Shown here: piece by piece, positions 10,601-19,494 of the stretch
How the letters are laid out: each line of letters begins with the position of its first letter
Position numbering within the stretch: position 1 is the first letter of the stretch
IMG/VR virus record: IMGVR_UViG_3300017910_000891
Coordinates: 1 to 41,160 of that record
Length of the DNA: 41,160 bases
From: a virus
Taxonomy: Duplodnaviria > Caudoviricetes
Direction: 5' to 3' (one strand)
The notes under the pieces: generated by a model
Told to the model about the DNA's origin: nothing
The model's database searches: none
The model's input: the letters and a program-made list of their open reading frames with translations, nothing else
Position numbers and translations under genes: made by a program

Positions 10601-13600
10601 CTGAAGGGCGGCAATGCTGGCCAGCTGATCCAGCGTGCCTCCATGTTCTACGGCTACATGTCTCGCGTGTTGCCGCAGGGGATCACCTTCCCGCAGGCGA
10701 CCCGCGCAGCCGCCTACAAGGCGCTGGAAAGCATGTACAAAGACGCCGACACCGAGACCCTGCAAATGATGCTGCGCCTCGTGACCGGTGTAAAAACAGA
10801 CGGCGCACCCACCCTTGTCAAAGGCGTGGACATGCCAAGAGACGTAGGCGGCACCTACAGCCCCGCCGCCGTACAAGCGCGAGAAGTTGGCGCTAGTCAG
10901 TACAAGTTCAGATCTTCGGGGGAGATTACGCTCAACACTGAGAGCGGCTTCCACCCGATGCACGCCTTGCTCCATGAGCTTGGCCACTGGTCTACCGACT
11001 ACGTTCTGACACCGCGCATCAAGGCGTCGTGGTTTACTGAGTTGGCCCAATACATCGACGACAACGGCAACCTGCGCATGGACCGTCTCGGTCTTGGCGG
11101 TGCGCCAGAGGGTTTGGATGTCGGCGCAAACTTCCAAGAAGTCTTCGCAAACCTGTTTACCAAATGGGCCAGCGACAAAGTCTTCCGTAAGAGCTTGCAA
11201 AACGCCAACCTCACCTTCTTTGAAAAGCTGGGCACGATCTTCCGCAGGCTGTTCGACTTCTTTATGTCTGGCGGTGTTCCAGAGAAGTTCGATCCGATCT
11301 TCTCCAACATCCTCGACGACACCGAGCGCCTGATCTATCGGATCACGGACATGCAGAACCCGCCAAAGGACAAGACGGCCCAAGCCATCCAGTCTCGCTT
11401 TGCCGATCTGGAAGACATCAAGGGCGAATGGACCACTGCAATCGAGCAAGGGTCGGCGCTGGAGGGGATGGCCATTAAGACGCTTGGCTACCTGCACTCC
11501 CTGACCAACACCAAGGCGCAGAACAAGTGGATCGCCCGGCGCAAAGGCGGCACCACTCGCGGAAACAACACCGGCACCTTTGTGCCAATCGACGAAATCG
11601 TCTTCCAAATCCGCAAGGCTATTTCTGACATTAACGACACGGTACTGGTCATCGACACCAGCAAGAGCCGCAACGAGTACGGCTACAACCCCGCCGCAGA
11701 TGAGCTGCCGTTCATCACAGACGAGTTCAGCCCGGAAAAATACGAGCGTATTGCAAATGCGTGGACTGGGGACGAGAATGGCCCCGGCGTCATCCAAGAC
11801 ATCCTGTTTGACATTGAAGTGGTGCTGGAACAGCAGTTCGACGACTTTGCCAGCGGCCAAAGCATCATACGCCGCAGGAAGAACATGAACGACGCGGAGG
11901 GCAGACCCTCAAAGGGACGGCAAGAAAGCAAGAAAAAGAAGGCAGGTAAAGGACGCTGGGCACGACTTGCGAATAGCGCGTACTACCACACGAACGCCAA
12001 CAAGCCGCAAGAGACACTAGAGAAAGAGGCGGTCAACTTCAACGTCCCTGTCGATGCGTCGGTTGAGGAGCTGGCGAGCTTGCTGGATCTCACCAACCGC
12101 CGTGGCCCCCTGCCAAGCCGGGACCGGGCTATTGCCCAGCTCATCAAGCGCAAGCTGGACGCTGAGCCTGTCGATGAAGGCGTTGAAAAGTACACCGGTG
12201 GCGAAGACCGCCAAGGCCTGATGTCTCTTATGCTCAAGGCGTACCACGACAACGACATGGCCGAATTTGCTAAGTACCGCTCTGCGTATAGAAGCATGGG
12301 CGGCAAGGAGAACGTCGTCCCGCAAGACGGTATGGTCGACAACCTGCGCCTGACAGAGATCGCCGAGAACGGCATCAACGAAGACGGCGTCTCGCTGGGC
12401 GCACGGCCCCAGATCCAAGACCTTCAGCGTCGCATGAACGTCCGCCGAGACGAGGAAACCACAGCAACCATGCGGCAGCTGTTCTTCCGCACCATGAACA
12501 TGGTCGGGGCCACTAACACGGGTGACGAACCAGCACGCGAAGCAGTGCTTGCTCCATTGTTTGGCCGCCAGCCAGATGCCAATGGCCCTGCCCTTACAGA
12601 AGCCAGTGACATGTTCCGCCAGCTGCGCACCCAGATGCGCCAGATTGCTCAAGGACTGAAGGGCGGCGAAGATCCGATCCGAGACGTAGCCCTGTTGGCC
12701 ATCCGTGGCAGCAACGACATGGGCCTCGAACGCATCAACGGTCGACCAGCTGACGAGTTCATGGCTGACGCCGTAGTCCAGCTGCTTTCGGGCCGCACGA
12801 CGTTTGACCGTGTATTCCCAGACAGCCCAGACCGAGCCACCTTCCTGCGTCGGGCACGCAACTACATGGACCGCACGGGCTACCTTGTGAACGGACTGAT
12901 CGCCAGCCCAGCGCTGCGCAAAAAGTATCCGGGCCTGACCGTGTACGGCGACATGTTCGCCAACAACAAGCGGCCAATCACAGCGATGCACGGCGTCGGC
13001 AACGCAGTGGCCCCAGAGGTCGCGGCTGACGCGTTCTCCGAAGTCCTGCGTCACGGCACAGCTCGTCTTCGCAACGGCATTCAGATCTTTACCAAAGGCG
13101 CCTTCAACCTCACGCCAGACGGCCTGCCGACTGCGCTCTACGTCCCGGTCCGCCGGGGCCGTAAGGTGGACAACCAAGGCCGAGCGCAGACCAACGGCAT
13201 GTTTGGTGTGGCCACCTACGTCTCGTCCGATCCGGTTGGCGCACTGCGCACGAAGGGCGGAGACATCCCTGCCCGAACCGGCTTTGAGGACGAGGCCGAA
13301 GACATCATGGAACGAGTGGCCAGCATCGACCGGTCCATCCTCCAAGCGCGTGGTCAGCAAGCCATGGCCGAGACCAGCGCAGAGGCTACTGCACTGCGAG
13401 ACAAGCTGTCCTCCTTGCTCGACCAGCGGGAGGGGCTACTCGAAAAGCTGGATGCTACAGGCCGCACGTTTGATGACGTTGCACCTGTGGTCACTCGGGC
13501 GCAGGCCATCGCCAACTTCCAACAGAACATCCAGTACACACCTGACAGCCCAATCGTTGGCCTCCTGATGGATGCCATCTCGTCGGCAGACCAGCGTGCT

Positions 13601-16564
13601 GGCCTCCTGTTCGGTCAGACCATCGACGACATTATCGACGGTGACGATCTCTACGTTGCAGCGGTCGACGTTCTTGAGCGTGCAGGCGTCAGCCAAGGCC
13701 AAGCTCGCAACATCATTAACCAGCGCCTGCGCACGGCTGGATACGATGGCGTTGCCGGGACGATGGACGACGAAGGCGTTGCTCGCCCGATCTTCGCAAT
13801 CTTTGACGGAGACAACGTGCGCAGCCTGCGTGCCCCGGACCTGCCTGTCGACCCAGACGACGAGACCGTCCTGAAGTCCGGTGTTGGCGCAGCGTTCTGG
13901 GAGCTTGTCTCGTCCGAGACGAAACTACCACCAACCAGCGCAGGCGCAGTCGAAGACTATCTGCGAGCCAACTCCGGTGTATCCGAGACGATGGCGGGCG
14001 TGGCCTCTGGCTTGGTCACTGGGTCTCGGACGCGCGTTCTCAAGCCTCTCAGCAAAATCCTGAGTTCCGCGCTCGACGGTGCTGAGCAACGGCTCAACAA
14101 GGCCGGCATGACGACGCTGGCTAAGAAGTTCAACAACTTCACGGCGGAGCACACGAGAGTTCTTGGCCGCACGATCATGCCAATCCTCGAAGGTGACGAC
14201 GAGGTGGTCGGTCTCAACAAATTACCGGGAATGCCAGACAACCTGCTGTCCAAGGTGGCCAACTACATGACCACGTCTTGGCAGGGCAACAAGGTACTGG
14301 CCAAGCAGTTCAACGAGCCTGCCCCGCTACGCCGTATCCGCGCAGCAATGATCGACCCATCCAAGGCGCCGAACCTTGCGAACGCACAAGAGCGGCAGAT
14401 GTACACGCGGTTGCGCAAGGTGTTCCGAAAGCAGCTCGACCGGATGAAAGCCGCTGGCGTACTGGTGGGGGATCTAGGCCCAGACTATTTCCCGCAAGTC
14501 TGGAACCCTGAGATCATTCGCCGAGACGAGCAAGGCTTTAAGAGCCTGATGTTTGCTTATATCCAGCAAGAACGAAGCAAGTCGGGTAGCCCAATCAGCA
14601 ATGAAGACGCGCAAGCCTTCGCCGACAAGATCTTTGCCAACATTACCGGCAACGACACTGGCGTGGTCGACTTCGATGCCGACATGCCGAAAGCCCTGAT
14701 CGACAGCGCGGACTTCAGCCGACTGCTGAAGTTCCACCAAGCAGCCCCCGAGCTGCTGGAGAGCGCACAGAAGTATCAGGAGCAGTCGCTCATGGCGACC
14801 GTCGTCCGGTACTTCGACGAGACGGAGCGCGTGATCCAGCAGGCTGAATACTTCGGCGTCAACGGCCACGGCATCATGGACTATGCGAAGGCCGCACAAG
14901 AAGGGCGCAACGGCATCATCGAACTGCTGGCCACCGACAAGCACTTCTCGACGGGCCGTTACGCTGTCGGACCTGACGGTGCTGAGCGTATGAACAAGAC
15001 CATTGGCATCTCCATGCTGCCGGAAGGTCTGGCTGTTAAAGCTGCCGATAAAGCAATGGCAATGGCCAAGAAAGACATCGAAGGCGCACGTCAGTACCTG
15101 TACGACGTTTACCCCGCAGACACGACGCCGATTACCTACCGACGCCGGGTCGATGCCATCATCGACGCCCTGAAGGACTACAAGGGACAAGAGGCAAACA
15201 TTTCCCGAGACGACATGATGGCCGCCGAAGGTTACAGCCGGCTGATTATGCGCAAGCCAGTGAACCGAGCTTCGCAATCCATGCGGAACGCGTCTCGGAA
15301 CATACGCGCCTTCCAAAACGTGACCCTGTTGTCCTACGCAACCATCACCTCGTTCTCCGACTTGGCCATGCCAATCATCCGCAGCGGCGATTTCAAGGCT
15401 GCGTGGCAAGGATGGTCGAAGTACCTCACCAACAAGGAGTACCGAGACAGCATCCGTCGGATCGGCATTGCAATGGATGGCATCACGCACGAGCGAATGG
15501 CGCAGCTGGTCGGCGACGGCAGCAACATCATCCAGTCGACGTTCTTTAAAATGACTGGCCTCACGCCTTGGACGAACATGCAACGGGCTGGCGCCGCAGC
15601 CATCGCCGAGCATGGCCTCCGTCACCACATGGAGGCGCTGAAGAAGATGGGATCGGGGGCCAAGGGGTCGCCAGCCTACAACCGTCACGCCCGTGAGTTG
15701 ATTAAGTTCGGCATGACTTTTGATCCGTCTCAGCCCCTGCCTCGTGTGGGCGGCGGGACAGATGCGGACGCCATGTTCGAGCGGGCCATCATTCGCTTCA
15801 CGGATGCAACGATCTTCAGCCCCAAGCCACACGACATGCCGTTGTTCGCCAACAGTCCGTGGGGTGCGATGATCTACCAGCTCAAGTCCTTTGCCATCAT
15901 GTACCAGCGCTTCGCCATGGAAATGCTGAAGGACGAGCCGGTCGAAGCGTGGAAGGCTATCCGAGCGGGTGACTTCGGGACGGCGGCCCAGCACCTCAAG
16001 AAGCCAGCGCTGCTGATGACGCTCGGCCCAGCGGTTGCTGCTGGGTCCATCGCCACCAAGGATCTGGTGATGGCTCGGGGCGGCGAAGAAGGGCAGAGCT
16101 TCGGCATCAACCAGACGACCAAACTCAGCAACACCTTTGGCCCCGAGTGGTCAGACGAGCAGCTGGACGCCATGGCCGGATGGTACATGCAGTCCTTCAT
16201 GCAGGCAGGCGGTCTCGGCCTGCTTGGCGACATCTTCCGCACGACGGCAGAGCAGGCCGACAACGGAGCCTACGGCCAACAGCGGATTGCCGAGACAATC
16301 CTTGGCCCGACGCTCGGCCTGTTCAACGACACGCTGAAGGTTGCCGAGGGCATCAAGGACGCCGCCGGAGAAGCCGCAGGCGGCGAAGGCAGCCCCGGCA
16401 AGCAGCGTCAGGCAATCCGCGAGGTCGTCGGGCGCACGCCATTGCTTGGCGGCAACCGGGCGCTCAAGGAAGCCTTGGTCGACCTGAAACCGGTTGAAGG
16501 CAAGTCCAGCGGCGTCGGCGGAAGCGCCTACAAGCGCACAAACTACGGCACCACGGAGTTCTAA
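7673..16564 (+). CDS. Giant internal virion (polyvalent-type) protein with zincin HExxH and ART-like regions
   Basis: 2963 aa, SD GGAGA. HELGH at about 10973-10987 with downstream QEVFA; GMFGVATYVSSDP...GYDGV...FAIFDGDNVRS region; YFPQVWN motif and hydrophobic C-terminal helices typical of the largest podovirus ejection protein. Confidence 0.8.
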   Translation: MFSKTSLLGSSTLSSALPTTYADIRGEDIMTDPRVIADVRKEFEDRGIYIADDDELMRKFYDDQTFSKLNATIGSFNAYQRAEAATPESRARQARLRDAHNKLPAFYQKGGVGVGTALPSFGKALLFDPINLVGGFVGASGKGVAKAAQVARAAGGSPTLAAARAGAMRGAAYEGVLGAGFGAAYSVGNQNVDIKLGLQDQFSYGQLAADVAGEAAFSAGIGAVAGGVGGAIFKGGRRLDPDVAPEDNAGAPATVTPSASPVLSQTPEQYQDALLEDAAQAADAGNFDLAEDLLEERAESMAAQFDLEGFGDEALPETATPAPEIETTPATGETTATVDTSETAPAPAAAETTTEQASEAPTTDLPTVRRHDPRAISPKAKKLAKENGYDISVDRKTGTFNDPQVEAFVQARPGKKVHNGLTVTELKQIFGDSEPAAAPAETPTSVAAKVVAQKNEAEAKTGQTGTPEDTAANAERAAAEAGVDEADAAQIAEAMAADEEWQAEFLGRYLSLAPDQQQLVDARVEELKDKDGFLKAVEKAMNEVDRAGTIEGTTPKRVADRTAKAAGTMATGDVNAGRSLTINIDPTTQRQTMKPGRYQKIFQKAGNMPTFNSVKRSYAEMLARKSLGREGAITGRSLLGKQMDVDKRKLDDLTDDEKARYNSLVEGFNAEGKTNPEKRALNQLNRELKQSMAAATSLDDQGRVTGELSAENGLVTYVTMGRMPAATKDGFNQMVNPGSVVIFDAELNQSFAGDTYEEARDVLSRVLVHRERTSVEKKAALDADARAIQQFEDKNGVTRYDYGATAMGQPDPMLSTPASKGDLRLVAEYVGPDAEAPSVRIRQASDSNIAKGGNFRNMLGMPRNGQEMGANWNPDHWNLYYLPKVKGVSNKQKVLADMVKDMEPIKTSKDDLPLQRKSYDDKIAGAPLFRDIADLELPAPETDQEQALFKSYLDNGQSFATFQDLMTREAELWRVGLKGGNAGQLIQRASMFYGYMSRVLPQGITFPQATRAAAYKALESMYKDADTETLQMMLRLVTGVKTDGAPTLVKGVDMPRDVGGTYSPAAVQAREVGASQYKFRSSGEITLNTESGFHPMHALLHELGHWSTDYVLTPRIKASWFTELAQYIDDNGNLRMDRLGLGGAPEGLDVGANFQEVFANLFTKWASDKVFRKSLQNANLTFFEKLGTIFRRLFDFFMSGGVPEKFDPIFSNILDDTERLIYRITDMQNPPKDKTAQAIQSRFADLEDIKGEWTTAIEQGSALEGMAIKTLGYLHSLTNTKAQNKWIARRKGGTTRGNNTGTFVPIDEIVFQIRKAISDINDTVLVIDTSKSRNEYGYNPAADELPFITDEFSPEKYERIANAWTGDENGPGVIQDILFDIEVVLEQQFDDFASGQSIIRRRKNMNDAEGRPSKGRQESKKKKAGKGRWARLANSAYYHTNANKPQETLEKEAVNFNVPVDASVEELASLLDLTNRRGPLPSRDRAIAQLIKRKLDAEPVDEGVEKYTGGEDRQGLMSLMLKAYHDNDMAEFAKYRSAYRSMGGKENVVPQDGMVDNLRLTEIAENGINEDGVSLGARPQIQDLQRRMNVRRDEETTATMRQLFFRTMNMVGATNTGDEPAREAVLAPLFGRQPDANGPALTEASDMFRQLRTQMRQIAQGLKGGEDPIRDVALLAIRGSNDMGLERINGRPADEFMADAVVQLLSGRTTFDRVFPDSPDRATFLRRARNYMDRTGYLVNGLIASPALRKKYPGLTVYGDMFANNKRPITAMHGVGNAVAPEVAADAFSEVLRHGTARLRNGIQIFTKGAFNLTPDGLPTALYVPVRRGRKVDNQGRAQTNGMFGVATYVSSDPVGALRTKGGDIPARTGFEDEAEDIMERVASIDRSILQARGQQAMAETSAEATALRDKLSSLLDQREGLLEKLDATGRTFDDVAPVVTRAQAIANFQQNIQYTPDSPIVGLLMDAISSADQRAGLLFGQTIDDIIDGDDLYVAAVDVLERAGVSQGQARNIINQRLRTAGYDGVAGTMDDEGVARPIFAIFDGDNVRSLRAPDLPVDPDDETVLKSGVGAAFWELVSSETKLPPTSAGAVEDYLRANSGVSETMAGVASGLVTGSRTRVLKPLSKILSSALDGAEQRLNKAGMTTLAKKFNNFTAEHTRVLGRTIMPILEGDDEVVGLNKLPGMPDNLLSKVANYMTTSWQGNKVLAKQFNEPAPLRRIRAAMIDPSKAPNLANAQERQMYTRLRKVFRKQLDRMKAAGVLVGDLGPDYFPQVWNPEIIRRDEQGFKSLMFAYIQQERSKSGSPISNEDAQAFADKIFANITGNDTGVVDFDADMPKALIDSADFSRLLKFHQAAPELLESAQKYQEQSLMATVVRYFDETERVIQQAEYFGVNGHGIMDYAKAAQEGRNGIIELLATDKHFSTGRYAVGPDGAERMNKTIGISMLPEGLAVKAADKAMAMAKKDIEGARQYLYDVYPADTTPITYRRRVDAIIDALKDYKGQEANISRDDMMAAEGYSRLIMRKPVNRASQSMRNASRNIRAFQNVTLLSYATITSFSDLAMPIIRSGDFKAAWQGWSKYLTNKEYRDSIRRIGIAMDGITHERMAQLVGDGSNIIQSTFFKMTGLTPWTNMQRAGAAAIAEHGLRHHMEALKKMGSGAKGSPAYNRHARELIKFGMTFDPSQPLPRVGGGTDADAMFERAIIRFTDATIFSPKPHDMPLFANSPWGAMIYQLKSFAIMYQRFAMEMLKDEPVEAWKAIRAGDFGTAAQHLKKPALLMTLGPAVAAGSIATKDLVMARGGEEGQSFGINQTTKLSNTFGPEWSDEQLDAMAGWYMQSFMQAGGLGLLGDIFRTTAEQADNGAYGQQRIAETILGPTLGLFNDTLKVAEGIKDAAGEAAGGEGSPGKQRQAIREVVGRTPLLGGNRALKEALVDLKPVEGKSSGVGGSAYKRTNYGTTEF

Positions 16565-16804
16565 ATGGACCTCATGCTCATCCACCAAATCGTAGCCGGG
16601 GGCGCAGCCGCAGCAGCGGCGGCCTTCGGCTTTCTCGTCTACTTGGCTGGCCGCCGAGACAGCAAGCGGGACCAAGACAAGCGGGCCAAACAGAAACTGG
16701 AGGAGATTAAACAACATGCGCAGAGCATTGAGCGCAGCGTGCGGACTGCTAGTGACGCTGATGTTGACGAACGCTTGCGGAAGGGCGGCTGGTTCCGTCA
16801 GTGA
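16565..16804 (+). CDS. Putative inner-membrane spanin (Rz-like)
   Basis: 79 aa; N-terminal transmembrane segment then a charged coiled coil; overlaps a lipoprotein gene. Confidence 0.7.
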   Translation: MDLMLIHQIVAGGAAAAAAAFGFLVYLAGRRDSKRDQDKRAKQKLEEIKQHAQSIERSVRTASDADVDERLRKGGWFRQ

Positions 16805-16913
16805 CGCTTGCGAAGTCTACGGGTACATCTACCCGGCGATGGGCGACACCTCCGAGACAAAGCGACAGGTGTTGGAACACAACCTGCTGCACCAGCAGCT
16901 GTGCGATTACTAA
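16716..16913 (+). CDS. Putative outer-membrane spanin lipoprotein (Rz1-like)
   Basis: 65 aa, SD GGAGGAG. Signal MRR...LMLTNA-C; C-terminal DTSETKRQVLEHN...C; overlaps the 3' end of the Rz-like gene in another frame. Confidence 0.7.
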   Translation: MRRALSAACGLLVTLMLTNACGRAAGSVSDACEVYGYIYPAMGDTSETKRQVLEHNLLHQQLCDY

Positions 16914-17188
16914 ACGACTGGCTTACCTTCAAGCTGTCGGATGCGCATTTCGCAGTAACGCATGGCCTTTTTCCAGTCGGCAATCTCCGACTGCTTGGCC
17001 GTCATCCCGTCATATGATTTCTGTCCAGCACGGCTGACGTACTTAATGACAGCGCCACGGGCGTACATACCATCGGCGTCGTTGCCCATGATAAAGGTGA
17101 TCGGCTCGATCTCGTTCTTCGCGTAGTGGTTTGGATGCTCAATGAGGTCTTCCTCAGTAAGCACTTGGCTCCCAAACTGAATAGTCAT
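16910..17188 (-). CDS. DUF3310 (SaV-like) protein
   Basis: Signature HPNHY...IEPITFI...GAVIKYVSRAGQK...DWKKAMRY. Confidence 0.85.
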   Translation of the reverse strand: MTIQFGSQVLTEEDLIEHPNHYAKNEIEPITFIMGNDADGMYARGAVIKYVSRAGQKSYDGMTAKQSEIADWKKAMRYCEMRIRQLEGKPVV

Positions 17189-17963
17189 CGCAAAGCTCCT
17201 GCGCTGTCTCGGACTTTAATTTGCAGTACCAACGACCGTCGTCTTGGCAAATGGAGTGGAGGCAAGTCGCGCAGTCTTTCTCTGGCAACTTGCCCCCACG
17301 GCACGCACCCCGTTTGAAGCAAAATCTACAACGGAAGTCGTCTTCGTTGTCGGAGCATCTAGGAGCGTCACCACCCATCACACGTTCGGCTCGCGCCATC
17401 AGTGCGTGGAAGACAAGCTCGTCAAACTCAACGACTTCCGCATGAAGCTCAGACGTGTCCTTGTTGTAGGCAAGGAGGACAGCCCGTTCAAAGCCGCCGA
17501 GACCCATGTAGGTTTGCATCTGTGCCAAGTATTGGGGGTGACTTTCAGCCACCCCCTTCTTCACGAACGCTCTCCATTTGGCGGCGTTCATGGTTTTGAT
17601 CTCAAGCAGCGCCAGCTCGCCGTCTGCCACCTCAATTTGGCCGTCGATGTTACCACGTATGTGGCCACCGTATTTTTGTAAGGCGAACTGCCAGTTTGTC
17701 TCGGGGTCACGGTCTAGGACTGTGATCCCCGACTGCTTGAGATCGGAGACGATGAGGTCTTCGAGGGCGTGGCCCAACGCAAAAATTCTTTGCGTCTTAG
17801 GGGGAGGCTCATCGTCTGGGAAGCCGCGCAGAGAGAAGGATAACGCGGCATCACAAGGGCCGCCGATGTTGGACCCACCAATGTAGGCACGCGGCTTCGA
17901 CTTGCGTCTGCCAACAAAGCCTTCGTCAATGGCGGTGAGTATGGTCTCGGCGATTTCGGACAT
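17154..17963 (-). CDS. Cas4-like PD-(D/E)XK exonuclease
   Basis: GHALED, GNIDG, LLEIKT and QMQTY motifs. One N-terminal Cys plus CRFC-x5-C (Fe-S staple pattern) and an extra C-terminal Cys cluster. Confidence 0.85.
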   Translation of the reverse strand: MSEIAETILTAIDEGFVGRRKSKPRAYIGGSNIGGPCDAALSFSLRGFPDDEPPPKTQRIFALGHALEDLIVSDLKQSGITVLDRDPETNWQFALQKYGGHIRGNIDGQIEVADGELALLEIKTMNAAKWRAFVKKGVAESHPQYLAQMQTYMGLGGFERAVLLAYNKDTSELHAEVVEFDELVFHALMARAERVMGGDAPRCSDNEDDFRCRFCFKRGACRGGKLPEKDCATCLHSICQDDGRWYCKLKSETAQELCDDYSVWEPSAY

Positions 17964-17966
17964 GAC

Positions 17967-18464
17967 TTAGAACGGAATATCGTCGTCAAATGTCGAGGTA
18001 GAACCAATGGCCAAGCCCGCCTGTGACGCTGGCTGAGCCGCTGGCTTGACCACGTCGCTGACTTCTGCGTCTGGCTTGTACACCGCCGTGACGTTCTTGT
18101 AGTTGCCAGTTGTCCCGTCGTCTCGGACAAACGCTTTGCCCGGTTCAATCTTTACCTTGCAGCGCTTGCCCTTAAACCAGTTGATGTCGTCCGGGTTGTT
18201 CGGGTCGTCGAAGTCCGTTGCCACAAGGTACTGCTTGAGGCGCTGCTGGCTAATCCGCGCACCGGCCTCGCTCTCGCTGTAAACACGCAGCGTGTCCGTG
18301 TAGGTCGCACCGCCAGCGTTCAGCTCTAGCTCCACGACAGGGCGCTCACCCTGATTGCGGGGGCCAAACTTTGCGTCGGTAATAGTGACCACATGGACGC
18401 CAATGCCCAGCGAGCTGCTTTCGCTGACGCCCGACAGGTCAAGATCGGAAAAGGTTAAGCTCAT
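17967..18464 (-). CDS. Single-stranded DNA-binding protein (DUF669-like)
   Basis: 165 aa, OB-like beta pattern, ending in the acidic SSB tail FDDDIPF; adjacent to the Sak4-like ATPase. Confidence 0.8.
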   Translation of the reverse strand: MSLTFSDLDLSGVSESSSLGIGVHVVTITDAKFGPRNQGERPVVELELNAGGATYTDTLRVYSESEAGARISQQRLKQYLVATDFDDPNNPDDINWFKGKRCKVKIEPGKAFVRDDGTTGNYKNVTAVYKPDAEVSDVVKPAAQPASQAGLAIGSTSTFDDDIPF

Positions 18465-19210
18465 TTTTTGTCTCCGGTTTGGATGCGTTTAATAATCTCG
18501 ACGATGTTGGCCGTCTCCTCGACGGGCCGTGCTGCGCCGTAAGGGTCACGAACCTTGCCATGCCACCCGTTGATCTCGTCGGTGTAGATCACACGCTGGA
18601 TGGTGGGTGGCCCGTCGCTCGACTTGACTGGGGTCTTGGCCCCGCAAAATACGTTGTCGAAGATGGCCGGGATCTTCTTGCCCTGCTTGCTGCCCTGCAC
18701 TTGGGGCCAGTAATGGGTGGCTCCGTTGTTGTCGCTCTCCTCTTTGGCGAGACAGGTCACGACAACGTGGTAATCATTCTGGTCGCGGATCATCCGCAGC
18801 GTGCCTTCGATGGCCTTGCCGTAGTCGGCCCAAACTTTGAAGCCGTTGGCGTCCCCATACAGCTTGTCGTAATGGCGGAAGATGATGTCCGACAGCTCGG
18901 TCAAGCTGTCGAGCATGATCCACTTGTATCCAGCTTTCTTGAACTCGGGGCCACGCATCATTTTCAGCAGGTCTTTGAACGCGACCCCGTCGCCTTCTGC
19001 GTGCTCCCAGCCCGTAAAGGAGACGTAGTCAATCTCCACGTCTTGGAGGCTTTTTAATCCAGCCTCGCCGCTGAAAATGATGCCCTTTCCATAGGCTTCG
19101 GCAAAGTATCGGGCGGTGTAAGTCTTGCCCCAGCCCTGATGAGCTACGAGGAGACTTTTCGAGGGGTCGTCGAGTGCAATGGTCGACGTGCTTCGTATCG
19201 GTAATGACAT
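18461..19210 (-). CDS. Sak4-like (AAA_24) recombination ATPase
   Basis: Walker A variant AHQGWGKT and Walker B MLDSLTE; typical Sak4-SSB-exonuclease gene order. Confidence 0.8.
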   Translation of the reverse strand: MSLPIRSTSTIALDDPSKSLLVAHQGWGKTYTARYFAEAYGKGIIFSGEAGLKSLQDVEIDYVSFTGWEHAEGDGVAFKDLLKMMRGPEFKKAGYKWIMLDSLTELSDIIFRHYDKLYGDANGFKVWADYGKAIEGTLRMIRDQNDYHVVVTCLAKEESDNNGATHYWPQVQGSKQGKKIPAIFDNVFCGAKTPVKSSDGPPTIQRVIYTDEINGWHGKVRDPYGAARPVEETANIVEIIKRIQTGDKK

Positions 19211-19234
19211 TTTCGCTTGCGTCCTCTCGCGGTA

Positions 19235-19255
19235 GGTGTCAAAAAACGCTACACT
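19235..19255. promoter_or_regulatory. 21-bp operator-like site between divergent genes
   Basis: GGTGTCAAAAAACGCTACACT matches the repeated GTGT(C/A)AA-N5-TTTACAC motif. Confidence 0.6.
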
Positions 19256-19290
19256 TTATCCAGCAAGAATTATAAGAAGGCAAGGAAAAA

Positions 19291-19494
19291 ATGCTCGCAT
19301 TCGACAAACTGGTCAAAGCAGTCGGGGGGATGCCCCAACTTGCAGCGCTGGCGGGACGGTCTAGGACGGCCACCTACCACTGGCGTCGATCAAGGGACAT
19401 GCGGATCGCGGACCTTGTCAGGATTTGCAAAGCCGCCGGGCTGGACCCGAAGGACTTTATTGAGGAGGACGACACGAATGGACAACTGGATTGA
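19291..19494 (+). CDS. Cro-like HTH regulator
   Basis: 67 aa: AVGGMPQLAALAGRSRTATYHW...IADLVRICKAAGLDP. SD AAGGA. First gene of the replication operon. Confidence 0.75.
   Translation: MLAFDKLVKAVGGMPQLAALAGRSRTATYHWRRSRDMRIADLVRICKAAGLDPKDFIEEDDTNGQLD

Noticed and set aside
10013-15994. Long antisense ORFs (615, 447, 506 aa) and similar ones at 27809-29104 and 32055-33209
   Set aside because: Shadow frames of high-GC genes, with no SD or recognisable motifs.
19217-19477. ORF-track N-terminal extensions (prim-pol from 19217; also 22228, 28666, 33955, 34759, 37397)
   Set aside because: They overlap other genes or promoters, and downstream starts have clear SD sequences.
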